In this document: piece by piece, positions 48,431 through 62,200 of the stretch | Position numbering within the stretch: position 1 is the stretch's first letter | Layout: the number at the start of each line of letters is the position of its first letter | Assembly: GCA_963575745.1 (NCBI GenBank) | Contig: CAUYUJ010000081.1 | Span: 1 to 64,000 of the forward strand | Direction of reading: 5' to 3' | DNA: 64,000 nucleotides | Origin: Prorocentrum cordatum | Lineage: Eukaryota | Notes under the pieces: model-generated | What the model saw: the letters and a program-made list of their open reading frames with translations, nothing else | The model's database searches: none | Told to the model about the DNA's origin: nothing | Translations under genes and position numbers: made by a program

Positions 48431-50949
48431 CCCGGGGCAACACACGACGGCCAACGATGGCCCCGAAGTGTCCCTGACAGCCCCGAGACGACCCAAAAGT
48501 GCCCCAAAAAGCCCCCCTGACAACCCAACAGTACCCCAGGATACTACCAATACGTCCCACGAGTGCCACGCGATAGACCCATTGGAGGCCAGAAGAACGG
48601 ACAGATAACGACGTGGAAGAGGGGGGTGAGTGACGACAAGGGAACGGAGGGAGAGGAGAGGCGACGAAGAAGACTCAGGAGGGAGAAAAAACACACAGAC
48701 ACAATTAATCGTCCATTCCTCAGAAAATATGGGGAAATATGGGCAGTGGGGGGGAAGACAAAAACCCAGAAAATATAGGAAAAGATTGGGAATCCTGTTA
48801 TTTGTGTGTATTTATTTGTGTGCCCCAGGGCCCCTTCAAAGACGAAGGAGTACGCCCCGAAACGACGCGGATGAGCGCGTCACTTGCTGCGGCCATTGCA
48901 CGGGTGCGGGCGACGATTTGTCGCGGGGTGCAGCTTTCGGTGGTGCTCGAGAACTAGAAGCGCCGAAAATTGCGCAATCGCGGTGCGCAAGACTTGCCGC
49001 GAACAACTCGGCATAACGAACACGCCGGATCCTCGACGCGCAATCGCAATTCGCATGATTTGTCACGGGCCGACCGGGCTCTCCACATTTGTGACGCGAG
49101 CAGTGAACAAAAAAGGCGAGGCGCAAGGAGGGAAAGGCGAGGGCAAAACCGGAAAGGGTCGGGCGAAAGGCGAACAACCAATCAAGAACGCCCCAACAAG
49201 AAGAAAAGCGTGGCAAGCGCAACCGCTGGACGAACAAAACGGAACGACGCTCCAAAAGATTGGCGCGCCGCCCAGAAGGGAAGGGGGGGGCGGGGGCCCC
49301 TGGCGCCGAGAGGGAACAGACTCGGCGGCATGCCCGAACGCTACAGGAGGCGTCGTCACGCGGAGGCGCTCTGCCCGCACGAACGAGCGTGCAGTCGTAC
49401 AACATCGGCGCAATCACGCCGCACGAAGCATCGCTGCGCGGAGGCGATCCACCCACGCAAGACAGGTGCAGCTAACACGCGACACGGGCGTCACGCGCCG
49501 CCGAAAATCTATGGGAACTATGGGCCCGATGCCCGACGGCATGTTTTACCGCAAACCGACAGCGGCCGCTGATGGGCAGGCGAAGTGCTTGCCAGGGGAG
49601 GCATTTGACTCAAATGGACAACTTCCGCGGCGACACCGACAGCGAATCATGCTCAAACGGAACGCGAACTGCTGTCGGTCTTCGTCACCATTCCTGCGCC
49701 GTTCCGAGAAATCCGCGCGGACCTCCGAGTTTGTATGTTTTTATGCACTTTTTGTTCCCCCTAGTTATGTCTCCCCGGGTTTCCCATGAGAGGGAACGAT
49801 ACGGGGGGACTGGCTCAGAGGGGGAAACATCGACCTGGGATCAGCACATCACCAATAGATCGGCGATAACCCCCCGATGGCGAAACCGCACGGTCATGGG
49901 CGGGGCGGGCTATCAAACTCCTTGCGGCGATGCATGAGCGTTTTGGAGGTCGATGCACTCACCCCGCCTGAACCAATCCCCCCGATCATTGCCCCCGACT
50001 TCCCACCCCTCGACCCGGCAGTCCTCCCCCTCCATCTCCGAGCCGGGCGTGGCGGGAAAAAAAACTGTGACCATGACCGAGACTGAACGCGGAGACATCG
50101 GTGTCGGTCTTCGTCGACGTCCATCTTGGCCATTCGTCAACTCCTAGATCACCCACGCGACTCGGCGACCACTGGCAGGCACCGTGACCAGGACCTGCTT
50201 CGACAAAATCCCGAAACATTGCAGAGGGCCCTAGGACACACAAATAAATAGACACAACTCCCAGGACTCCCCATATTTTCACATATTTTCTGAGTTTTCG
50301 CCTTCCCCCCCTCCACTTTCCATGGTTTCCCCTTCTTTTCTGAAAACATGCTGGTCGTGGTCGTCGTGTTTCTTCCCTCAAAGGCGGGCCCCGCTGCACG
50401 GGAGAGCCCCCCCAGGCGCGGACGGCGGCGGCGGCCCCGCGCGCAGGGGGGGGGGGGGCCGGGGCGGCCCTGCGGGCGCGGGCACCGGGGCGCAGGCGCC
50501 TCCGCCCCCCTCCCGTCCCTCCCCCTGCCCTCCCCGTCCCCGACCCCCAGCTCCCCCTGCCCGTCCTGTTGCCCGTTCGTTCCTCGTTCCTCTCGCCTTC
50601 TCCTCCTCCTCCTCCTCCTCCTCCCCCTGCAAGCTCTGGAGGGGGACGCTCGGTAAGAGCATTCCAACGGCGACAAATGACGGTGTACACAAAGCCTCCC
50701 CCTCTGAACCAAACAGCGCAAATTTAACGGTCACAATTGGCAGAGATGAAACGGACAATGCGGGAGCCAACGTAGGTTGCTCTCCGACACGCACGGGGTC
50801 CTAATATTGAACAACGCCCCTCGGCAAAGATCCAGACGCAAAATATGCCGTCGGAGCGCTAACACTACATCTATACATTACAGATCATGCCCGTGAAACT
50901 GTAATACACTTCTCATGCAAACTTACGTTCGCCGTTGACCAAGTGTGTG

Positions 50950-53230
50950 TTAATACATAGAGTGCCTGTTTACGCGGCTAAGGTATCCCGGCGTAAATGT
51001 GCCGCGTGCATATCACGTGTCTCGTATCAAGTGGCACCCTCACCAGACTCTGTGCAGAATGGGACTGAATGATGGTCTGCACCTCCTATGTTGTAGTAGG
51101 TTAGCCCATAGGTCGGCCCTAACCTAATCCTGGTCTCCTGGAAGTTGCGACCGCGGCAGCGGCATCACTCTGTAAAGCCATACCGCAAACAACTTCAACA
51201 CATTTTAACACTAGCTGCAGACCCAACCCTACATATCCTCCTCTCACAATTCAACAATACTCAACGTTCCCAAAAGATTACGCAATAACGCTCTGAGAGG
51301 CACTTCAGAACATTCTGAAACATTAGCCCCACATAACGACTCCTCCGCTGGTCAACGTGCGCGGCCCGTTACATCTACTAAAATCGGTGCTGGTCCAAAA
51401 CACTATCCCAAACTTAGACCAACCGTGAGACCTAAGGTATGTATACCCCAAATTTGACGGATCCCTTCTGTAGGGTCCGACATCGATCTTGCAAGTTATC
51501 TCGCAAAGAACTGGGAGTATGGACTGCATTGTGCCAACTGGTTCGCTCTTGCCATGAACACCTGGTACTTCCTGACACCCTGCTGAAAACGTGGAGGTTC
51601 ATGCTCGTCGCAAGTGGATTTCTCTCCCCATACCTCTATTTTGACCCGACTTCGAATGAGATCTACCACTGTTACACAGATTTCCGCGTGTCTCTGGTCG
51701 CATTCATACCATAACCCTTCGGTGATCCATTCTAGATCTTTGTTTCTAGGACTAGTATAGAATTCGTGTCGTGAAGTCCTGGTCCTATCCAAAACCTCGC
51801 GCCTTAAGCTCGAGCTCCTCCTTGGTATTTCCCCCAACCCATTAATACCATCATCGCTTCCCGCCGATGCCAAATCGTCGCCATGCATCGTTAATCGCAA
51901 TATCCTGGAATGGCCCGAACACGCGTGCCGAAGCTGACCCACTCTTGAAACCAAGCCATGCAACAATCCTCCCAATTACCTCTGCATATCTCGTTCCTCA
52001 CATAGGTTTTACCATATCCCGCACGTGCCCAACTCGCAATCCACCGGTTGGTACCCCGACACAAACTTCATTCCTGGTTAAATCATACACAAACGTCGAT
52101 AGAAATATCGAACTAACAACTTGATCATGTTCCCGTGCCCGGAATCCGATGCCTTCAACAACTGCCTGAGAGAACAATTTCCGTGCTTCGAGTGGCGCCG
52201 TGTCTGCGAAGATGCTGCTCTACTTTACATTGCGTTTCACGCGCTGCGCTAGTAGCCCCGAACGGAACTCTGGGATAACTTCGTCGCCTTGGTTGATGTC
52301 GACCTATCTCGTTCCAATCGGAGCCTTTACAGTAACGGTTCAACGCACTTCCTCCCTAGGTGTTGGTAAAGCCAATGGTTCGAAACTGCTGCATTTCCTC
52401 CTCTCTAGTTTTCAATGTCAATTCCGATCGTAAGTCTGACCCCGGCGCGTCCTCAGCAAAATGCATGACTGATTTGGCTGGCTGCACTACCCGAGAACAT
52501 GTCCTACATTGCAACAGGCGGCGCAGACGCCGGGGCTTTTGCAATCGTTCTTCGTATTGGCAATTGCTGCATCTCTATCTGCGTGGCTTGACCTCATCCA
52601 TCTGTTGGACATTACCCATCGGTCGGAAGCTGTAGGTAGAACCATGAAGTAAGAAGGCGTGGAAAGTAGATAGGGTCTCCACCCGCCCCCTAAAGAGGAG
52701 GGAAGAGGGAAAGCCACTCGATCATTGAAGTAGGAAGGCGCTGAAAGTAGATTGGAATCTGGGTCTCCAAACGTAACTACTTTGAACGACCGATGGGTAT
52801 CCAGAAGGAGCGATGATACGTTCGCTCCTCCTTTGAATGCTGAAGCCCTGCCTCCCGATAGTCTGGTCTATAGCTCTTTTTCGTCGGATGATCTGCCCTG
52901 TGGCGAAACCCTTCGCGGCCCTGCGCGCGCGTGGTCCGAGGTGGCTCTTAGTCACGTGGCATCGTAGAGCGGATGGTCCCACTGTGTGATCAGAACAATA
53001 TTAGCTGCATGTTGCTCCCATCGTACTTAAGGACGACATCCCAGAAATAGTTTCGAGCACCCAGACAAGTATCGAAACAGTGTCGAACGAGTATCGCCTC
53101 CCAGGGCCCGACACGTGAAAACCCTCCAGTGTCGGTACTTTCTCGGTGGTCGAAAGTCTTTCTGGTGGTCAAGGCTAAACTAGATTGGAACATCATAACT
53201 TTAGCTAAGACGCAAAATTGACCGGACCCC
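50950..53230 (-). mobile_element. Degenerate Ty1/copia pol (RT + RNase H, possibly the end of integrase)
   Basis: KTREEEMQQF; IGTR*VDINQGDEVIPEFRSGLLAQ; FADTAPLEARK; KPM*GTR; TMHGDDLASAG; CDQRHAE; MARANQLAQCSPYSQF; WTSTDFSRC...TSGG; SDAAAAVATSRRPGLG. These are copia motifs in order. No LTRs recognised. Confidence 0.9.
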
Positions 53231-54559
53231 TTCGCGCGCGGCAGCTCGCAACCCCAAGCTCCGATACTGTCCCAGGAGAAACTGGCCAGGCCACCTCCGA
53301 TCGGGGAGATGCGCCTGGAATCCGCGACGCACCGCCGATGCATCACTGACAGGCCGCCGATGGCGAAACCGAGCTTTCCTGGGCTGGGATGGGGGGGGGG
53401 GCGAAGCCCCGATTGGCGATGAATGGGCGACTTGGGATACATGCCTCCCCCCTGGGCAATTCGTTTTCATGCCGTTGCCCCTGAGATGGCGTTGACCACT
53501 TGTCGGCGTCGGACCATAACTCGGACCTCCAGCGGCTGATCGGGACGATTCCGACCCTGGCATACTCAGTACGCTCTCGGCAAGGCACGACTGATGAAAC
53601 CCCCTGGCCTTGCCCCCGAAAGGGGGCCCCGGAACGGGGGCGCTGCGCGTTCGCGCGGGGCGTTCCGACTCTTTTTTTGCGCGACTTTGCGCACCACAAT
53701 GCGTCCGAGCCGCTTCACACACCCCGAGCGAGGAGCTCGAGGGACGACATCCGACTTCTTCGTGCCTTCTCTGAGGCCTCCTCCTCCTCCTCCTCCTCCT
53801 CCTCCTCCTCCCTTCAGGCGAAACGTCGGCACGCCCACCCAGCGCCCAGGGGACGCCCGCCGGGCGATTACAGGCGGCCGCCCATCGGGCGCCGGGCGAG
53901 ACGTCGGCACGCATACGCACCCCAACACTGGCAAGCCCAGCGAAGCACAGCCCGAACTGGGCGTACTGATTCCCGGTGGAGGGCCCCGCGGCTTGCGGGG
54001 GGAGACGGGAGGAGCACTTCTGCACGAAGCGTGGCGCCCACGGGGGTCCAGTCGCTCCCCGGCCCGCCGCCCCGCTCGCGGCAGGAGCGGGGATGTCGGG
54101 TGGGAGGGAGTGCGCGGCACGCAACCAGCTCAAGGCCAGACGGCTGCAAGAAGAAGGGGGGGAAGAGGAAGAAACGGGCAGGCCACAACGGGGAATCCTG
54201 AGGTGGGGACGAGCCCCAGCAAGAACCGATTCCCCGCAAAGGGACCCCGCGGTTCACAAAGGGAGACGAGAGGAGAACTGTTACACCCAGTGTGGCGCCA
54301 AGTGGGGTCCAGCCGTTCCGCGGTCCGCCGCCCGCCCACAAAGGCACCAAGAGCCCAACTCGTGCCCCAGGCCAACGCGGTTGGGGAACCGACGGCCAGA
54401 CGCCGAATACCACCCCCCCGATGTGTGTCAAGTAGTCCGCGGCCTGCAGGGCACTCACTCACGCTAAATAAGACGCGAGCGGACGCGGCCCCAGCGAATT
54501 TCTCCCAGGGTTGGCCTGCGACTGGGTCGTAGGTAACTCCCTCGCCGGGGCCGCCCATG

Positions 54560-56650
54560 CTAAAGCCTGGGGCGCCCATGAGCGATCGCCAAGAGGGGCG
54601 CCCGCCGCCCACTGTCCAATTCGCCCGACGGATAAGGTATTCCTGGCAACGCTGAGCGCAAATGGGTAATCCGCTGGCCACCTGCCAGGAAGCTACCATC
54701 CTCCCGTTCGGCAGCCCGACGCGGGCCAGGCATTCCGAGAAGGGCCAACGGTGCGCCGCTAGTCGGCGCACCGCACTGGACACAAACGGGCCTGTCCGGG
54801 CCCGCCCCCCCCCTTCTTTCGCGCGGCGCGTCGGGGTCGGGCGGGCGGGTTTCGCTCCGCCTCGCGCGCGGCGAGGGCCATGGCCCGTGCGGATAAAGAG
54901 CGCATTAGGCGGCCCCCCGGGCGCGCGCGAGCGCCGCCCCGAGGAAGGGCCCCCTGGACTTCCCCGCGCCGGCGCGCCCCGGAACGCCCCGGGCAGGGTC
55001 GCGAGAGCTTGCCCTATAGGCAGCGCGCGCGTGGAGACGAGCAGCCAACGCTTCTCCCGGCAGAACTTGGCCCTCGATGGGGCCGCCCGAAGATGGCCCC
55101 CAGGCTGGCAGGGGCCCCTGGTGGATGGTCGCCCCCGCGTGTTCAAGCACTTCCTGGATGCGTGGCAAGTCGCGCATCTTCGGATACACGCCTCGGCCGG
55201 CCTGGCCCCCGAACGCCCGCGCCCTCGCCCGGCGGCGGAGGGGGCGGACGCGCGCGCCAGTGACCTCCGCGAAGATATTGTCTTCTTATACCCTTCTGGT
55301 TTGTGCGCCCCCTTGGCTGGTCGCGGATTCGGCCCCCCCCGGCGGTCTGGTGGTCGCAAAACGGAGCGCGGGATATCTCGAACGTCCAAGCGTTCGCCGC
55401 CTCAAGGCCGGGGGCGCGCCGCCCCCTGGTTCGGGCGGCCCCGCGCCGTCCAGCAGCGCCGCGCGAGTCTCCTGGAAGGGTTGGTCAGCGGGGCCTCAGC
55501 CGTCAGGGGCGCAGGGTGCCCGGACGTCGCCCCCCGGCGCAGTTCGGCCATGCTCGCGAGCGCGGCTGCCAGCGGGCCCTGCCCGCGCCCGTGCCCAGCG
55601 GCGACGGCCACCGCGGCGCCCCTCCTGAATGCGACGGGGCAGATCTGCCATGACCGCCTACCACGGCGGGGCAATCGCGGCCGCCGCGGCCGGGTCAAGG
55701 CGCCAGCTGGGGCCGAAGACGCAGAGAACGCCCTCGGCCGCAGCGCGCAGCCCTTCCCGGCAGACCGCTTGCCGCGCGGCCGTCCGAAGGCTCGCCAAAC
55801 CGCGGTCTTGGGGGCGCCCGCAGGGCGCGCCGCGCACGCCAGCGGACGCGCTAGCCGCCGCGCCCAACAAACACCGCTGCTGGAAGTCCACCAGGAGCCG
55901 CCCGATGCGCACAACGCGCCCGGCGGCTGCCCGCGCGCGCGCCCGTGACCGCGCGGCGGCGTCATCGCACGGCCGCGGCGGTGACCCCAAGGTCGCGGAC
56001 GTTGCGCGCCGCCGAGACACCCGGAGTCTGCGCGGCCAACCATCGCAGAAGGTCGGCCGAATTTGCGAACTGGCGGCTTTTGTGGCGAATGAAGCGCCGC
56101 GTCCACGGCGGCCTCGAACTCGGTCGTCACTTGTAACGCCTCGCGGACTGTTTCTGCAAGATCGCCGGCCTCCAGCGCAGGCCCGCGCGCCCAAAACAGA
56201 AAATTATCCACGTAGACCCACTGCTAGAAACGATCGTCAACCACGCGGCGCTGCCAAAACCGCGTGCGCAAAACAAGAACACCGCCAAGGCACAGCCAGG
56301 CATAATGCCACAGGACGGCATCCAAGGGTCGCCGACGGCGCGCCCGACGCGAACCCGCCGCTGCGCTGGGTACGCCGCCGTGGCCAGCGCCACCACCCAT
56401 CGCGGCACGCCAGCGAAGCGCAGGATGCTAGGCGATGCGCCAATCCAGTGCAGGCTTCAGCCGCTTCCAGCTCCAGGGCGAATTCCAAGGCGAGCTCCGC
56501 CGCGCCACGCGGATGTCTGCGTCGCCCCAGCTTTGCAACCACTGCGCGAAGATGCGCGCCCGTCGGGCGGCCCATACATACGCGACACAATATGGACAAC
56601 AACCAGACTGACCGCCGGTCGAGCCCAGCCCCGCCGTCCGGCTTCGGGAG
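54560..56650 (-). pseudogene. Probable tyrosine-recombinase (DIRS/Crypton-like) remnants, very GC-rich
   Basis: Fragments 'LEFALELEAAEACTGLAHRLASC', 'DNFLF', 'YPALRFA' (LRF box-like) and 'GEALAARLHAR' (HxxR-like), in plausible order. Confidence 0.35.
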
Positions 56651-57359
56651 CAGCAGGCTTTCTGGCTCGACGAGCTCACGGGGCCACTCGCCTGTCGCCT
56701 CAGCTTTCTTCGGGGGGGGGAGGTTCTTATATAACTAGGAGGAGTCGGATTGCGGGGGGGGTCGGGCGCGCGGGAGGCGGGCGGAGGCGTCGCCGGCGCC
56801 CCGCGCCCGCGGGGGGCTCCATGTTGGAATTCCCAGGCTGCGCCAAGCGCGCGCTACTTGCCCGCGCGCTCACATTCGCGCAAGCGCATCCTAAGAAACT
56901 ATGATTTGGATCGGAAGCGGGCGACAACGGGCATGGGGCGCCTGTCAAGGCTGCTTCTGGGAAACGATTGCTGCTGGCTCGACACGCGCGATATGCGTGT
57001 AACGACTTTTGGAGGACGGGCGCTGCGCCGTCCAATCCAACGCGGCAATGGCGCGGTCTGGGGCGCGCGGCCGTCGCGGCACACGGCGGTCGACGTGACC
57101 GCGCGGGGCGCGCGATCGGCCGCGCGGTATTTGCGGGCCATTCGGCCGACGCTGCCGGGTCGCCCTCAAACAGCCCGCCAGGAATACGCAAATGCGCATG
57201 GCGCCAGCGCGCCGCCAGAATATAGCCGTGAAAACAACCTGTTCACTCTGAACGCCGACTGCGCGCCTCGCTGAACCAGCGAAGTCGCGCGGAGCGCCCG
57301 CGTCGCGGACCCGCCGCAATGAACTCGCGTGAAAAAGGCCTCTCTCCATGGGTTCTGGC

Positions 57360-57535
57360 ACCGATTCTGGCCTACTTCCCCGTTCTGGCCGATTCTGGTT
57401 CCATCGCCGATTCCTCCATTGATTCCGTATTGATTCCGTGCTGATTCTTTTGATTTCGCTAGAAGCAGGGGTCGCAGTTGTGCCGATTCTGTTTTGATTC
57501 TGTACTGATTCCGCACTGATTCCTTTGATTCCCCT
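57360..57535. repeat. Degenerate GATTC(T/C) short-period repeat
   Basis: GATTCT/GATTCC recurs about every 11-12 bp. Confidence 0.8.
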
Positions 57536-59087
57536 GTGCCCGGGGACCATCAGGCCGCGGCCCGAGCCCCCGCCTCGGCGGCATGGTTTTTCCATGAGCG
57601 CGGACGAGTTTTGACGGGGAGGGGGGCGGGGGGGGGAAAGGGGGGGGATTTTGGGGGCGCATCGGGCGGCCGAGCCGCAGATTTCAGGGCCCAGTGCGCA
57701 CGCCCAACATGGCAGGCGCGGGCGCGCGCGCGAGTTCTCGACCGCCGGCGCCTCTGTAAATTCATACCCCGCCCCGCGCGCGGGAATGGAAACTTGCGTT
57801 GCGGTTTCCCATTGAACGCGCGGCCGTCGCCCCCCATGCTGCTCAGCGCGCAAAGCGCGCGAGCAGCATCGGGGGCTTTGCGTTCGCGCATGAGAAGTGC
57901 GCGGAACCGAACCGAACGGTCGGCGGCGCCCGCTCCAGCGCCGCGCGCAAGGCAATCGCGTCAGCGCGGGGGCCTACAAGGGCTTGGGCCGTCGCCCTGG
58001 GGCGCGAGCACAGCGCGAGGCCCGCGCGGGTCTCTCGCGCCAAACATGCGCAACAACGTCGGCCCGCCCGCCGGCTGGCGCTCGCGGGCGGCGCGACGCC
58101 GGCGCCGACTGCGAGGCCGACTGGGCCCAGAGGATTCCCGAGAGTCCCGGGAAGGGGCAGCGGGCCGCGATGGAATCGGCGCGGTCGTTGGCGCCCCCCC
58201 CGCGCCCGCCCCCCCCTGCAAGCCGACTCCTCCTATATATAACCGTGCAGTTCTGGAGGGGAAGCCGTCCTGCAGCCGTCCAACCCTGGGTTTTCTTTTT
58301 GCGCACCCGCCTGAACAGTCCTGTCGCGAGGTCGGCGGTCAAGGGCACGCGCTCTGGGAAGGGCGGCGGCCCGTCCAGCTTCTGCACCACTCCTCCCCGA
58401 CGCTCGTCCGCGCCCACCTCTGCCAGAGCGCCCGCCAAGGCCCCTCGAAGCAGCGTCGCCGAGCTGGTGGGCTGCCCTGGAGCGCAACCAGCCACGCCCT
58501 GCTGCCCACCGGCAGGCTGGGCGCCCCAGCCACGATGGATGGGTCGGGCACGAGCTCCGCGTCCAAAATCCAAAGCCCCGCCGCCTCGGATCCAACGGCA
58601 CGGCCTGCCCAGCTGGTTCGCCAAGCAGGCCTCGATCAGCCGTCGCCCAGCCGCGCGCCGCCGAGCCCGCGCCGCAGGCAGCGCTGGCCTGCCGCCGATC
58701 CTCCTCTGCGCGATCACGCGTGCACCGCGCCACCCCATCCGCAAGGGTGACTCGAGCCGGGCGAAGGGGCGGATAGCAAAGGGGGGGGAGAATCAGCTCA
58801 CGCAGCTGAATTTCCTGGCGCCTCCCGGCGCTGGAGGCGGCTATGTATCGGCAGATTTCGCCCCCCCCCCCTTTTTGACTACCTACCAGACCACCCCAAC
58901 CCAACCCGAAGACCCGAATTTCGGGTTGGGGGGGGTAAGGGTTCCACACGTGTTTTTTCGATGTTTCCCGACCCCCCCCACTGGAAATCGAGGGTAAATT
59001 TGGGCCTTCGGGTTGGGTCGGGGTGGTTTGGTGGGTGGTGATTTTCCCAATCCCCCCCTTTCGTCCGGCCCGAGTGATGGCCCCCAG

Positions 59088-59756
59088 GGCTGGCGCCCAC
59101 GCCGCGCTGCCCGCCTCGGCGGAGCTCAGTGCTGCCAAAGTCCCTGCGACGGCGACGACCGGTCGAGCCTCGGCCTCCGCGCGCCGCTGTGCGTGCTGGA
59201 GGCCACGGAGCCGTCGCAGCCGGAAACGCACCTCAAATAACAGAAGCTGCCCCGCGCTCCCGTCATCATCGTCGACCTCCTCCTCCTCCTCCCCCTCCTC
59301 GTCCTCCTCCTCCTCCTCCTCCTCCTTTTCCTCCTCCTGTAGACCCCCCCCTTCCTCGTTCTCGCACCCCTCCCGACCTCGCGCCTCCCACCCCCTCCCC
59401 CTCCTGTGCAACCCCCGATCTTGCCTCCTCGCCAGCTCCGTCCTCCCGCCTCGTCCTCCGCTCCCTCCTGCGGCCCTCGCCCTGCTCCTCCTGCTGGCGC
59501 CGGCCAGGTGCCCACCCACGGGCGGCGGGCCCCGTGCCCCCTGCTGCCCGACGGTGGCCTCCAGCCACCCGGCACGGACCTGCAAACTCGCCGGCCCCGC
59601 GGGCGCCCCGGGCGTGGCAGTCCGTCGCTTGGCGCCCCCCCGGCGCGAATCCCTGACATCGGCGGCCGCCGCGCCGAAGAGTCTGCGCTATCACACTGTG
59701 CTTGAGCAGCGCGCCGGAGGGCCGCCTCGATCCTCGCCACCGCAGCGCGTCGCCAG
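59088..59756 (+). CDS. Two candidate exons (59088-59201 and 59508-59756) of a plus-strand gene encoding low-complexity protein
   Basis: CAG|G acceptors, AG|GC and canonical CAG|GTGAGT donors, compatible phases (2/2), separated by a (CCT)n-containing intron. Confidence 0.3.
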
Positions 59757-60011
59757 GTGAGTCCGTCACACGCGGAAACAGGGCTTGCCCAAGACTGCCG
59801 CAGCATGGCCAAACTCTGGCCCTGGACGACTCCTAACGGGATGCCCCCCCCTGTTGGGCCTGAATAACTGCCAGGCTCTACGCAGCTGTCCTCGGGAAAT
59901 TCCGATATGGCCGCAGGTCTAGGCCCACACATGTCCTCAGCAAGCCCCAAAGAAGGTCCCAGGAACCTTCCGAAGAAGTGGCTGACCACGAGACACCAGA
60001 ATACGAACGTC

Positions 60012-60037
60012 TATATATATATATATATATATATATA
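60012..60037. repeat. (TA)n microsatellite
   Basis: Directly visible. Confidence 0.95.
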
Positions 60038-60152
60038 TTCACGTTGTTGTATATTCCCACATCCAAACAATGGTTCTTGTTTTCTCTGCGCACCCCCCGC
60101 GTGGAAACCTCACACACCGCCCCTCTCCTCTTTTCATTACCATCCCACCGCC

Positions 60153-60186
60153 TTCATCATCACCTCATCATCACCTCATCATCACC

Positions 60187-60268
<82 letters not shown>

Positions 60269-60600
60269 AATCATCATCATATCATCATCATCATCAGCAG
60301 CATCATCAGCATCATCAGCATCAGCAGCAACAGCATCATCAGTATTCCCAACATCCGAATTGGGTTTCTTGTTGTATCTGGGCCCCCTCGCATGGGAGAT
60401 GTTACGCCATCTCCTCCCCCTCATCGCCATGATCATCATCGTCATCACCATCATCCTGATCACGCTCGTCACCATCATCACCACCATCATCATAATCATA
60501 ACACTATTGGTGATCACGCAACTCTCATCATCACTAAAACTACCACCATCGCCATCAACGTTATCACCATCATCCCTATCACCATGCCATGATGATCATC
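60153..60600. repeat. (CAT)n microsatellite, degenerating toward the 3' end
   Basis: Directly visible. Confidence 0.9.
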
Positions 60601-60609
60601 GGCATTCGG

Positions 60610-61480
60610 CCGAAGTGAACTGTGACGAAGTCTCGACCAGGAACCCCCTCCCTAAGGGTCCCAAGCGTTATGTTTGAATCCGACGCAAATCATTGGCGTG
60701 CCATAGCAGGCATGGCACTCGAGCGCCGTAGCGAGCTGGGTCTGCGAGATGGGTGAAATGATTAAAGTGTCTTGAGAGGGAACCCCACCCACACGGCCCA
60801 GCGCTCCATGTTCGAATCCGAGGCGGGCCATCGGCGCACCCTAGCAACCACGACATTCGAGCACCCCAAAAGCCTCGTCGTTGAGTGATTTGCGAAGAAG
60901 TCTAGAACGGGAGCCCCCATCCTCACGGCCCACAGCTTACGTTCGAACCTGAACTGGGTCATCGCCGTACCATAGCAGGCATCACACTTGACCACCCCAA
61001 CGAGGCTGGTCTGTCAGTGGATTGTGATGAAATCTCGAACAGGAGCCCCTTTCCCTAAGGGCCCCGCGCTTCAATGTCAAATCCGAGGCAGGTCATCGGC
61101 GCACCGGAGCAGCCATAACAGTTGAGTCTTTTAAACGCCCCAAATTTCCTCGCCTGTAAGTGAGTTATGAAGGAAGTCTCGAGCGGGACCCCCTTCCATA
61201 AGGGCCCCGCGCTTCGCGTTCGATCTGAAGCGGGTCATCGGCGCACCATGGCAGGCTTAGCTCTCGAGCGCCGTAAAGAGCCGAGCATGTGAATGAATGG
61301 TGAAGGTGTCTCGAGCGGCAACCCCCACCCTAACGACCCCGCGCTTCACGTTCAAATCTGAGGCGGGTCATCGGCGCACCGTAGCAGGCATATAACTTGA
61401 GCACCCCAATGAGCCCCGCCTGAAAGTAACTTGCGAGGAAATCTCAAGCGGGACCCCCCGTCTCCCTGGGGCCCGCAGCT
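60610..61480. repeat. Old ~135-bp tandem repeat, ~6.5 diverged copies
   Basis: (G/A)TCTCGAGC.GG..CCCC recurs near 60631, 60769, 60900, 61032, 61176, 61308 and 61441, each followed by ATC(C/T)GAGGCGGGTCATCGGCGCACC-like text. Confidence 0.85.
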
Positions 61481-61954
61481 CGCGTGATTCATCCGAGTGG
61501 TCGTCGGAACCGCCTCTTCGAGCTTGCGTATGGAGGAAATCCTTCCGCCACGTGACCACGGAGCATGCTGATCCTCCGGCCGCCCGCGAGAGATTTCATG
61601 GGGCGCGGGCCTTCCTGGGGCGCGGGCCGCCGGCGTCCTTGCGGGAGGCGTTCACGGAGTTCGAAAAGACAGCGGCGAACTCCAGGGCTGAGGCGGAGCA
61701 GCTCACGGCAGAGCTGTGCCTTGCGCGGCCTCCCGCCTACGTGCGGCCGCGAGCAGTTCAAGGCCTGCGCGGGGTTGTCCCAACGGCTTGCTCCCAACGG
61801 CCTGGCCCGCGGGTTGCCCCAACGGTTTCGGGATCTGGCAATCGGAGAGCACGCCCCTGCCGGCCGCGGCGGCGACGGCGCCAAGGACAACCGACTTGCG
61901 TGCCCAAGCCAGAAGGAAGGAGAGGCGCAAGACACACGAGGAGAGACGCGACCC

Positions 61955-62200
61955 GCAGGGCTCGCAGGGCTCGCAGGTCCCACATGCCCCACAGGTCGAG
62001 CAAGTCCCCCAGGTCCACCAGGTCCCGTGGGCCCCACATGTCCTGCGGGCCGCACGGGGGCCACAGGTCCCACAGGCCCCACAGGTCGCACAGGCCACGC
62101 AGGTCGCACAGGTCCCACAGGTCGCACTTGTCGCCCCGAAGGTCTCAAAGCTCCCACGAATCCGATCGGCCCCATAAATCTCATTGGCCCCACAGGTCGC
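61955..62200. repeat. 9-bp minisatellite (CACAGGTCS)
   Basis: Directly visible; produces a collagen-like GPxGPx pseudo-ORF. Confidence 0.85.

Noticed and set aside
54540..58330. rRNA or other structured RNA gene in the GC-rich block
   Set aside because: No conserved rRNA or tRNA signatures found.
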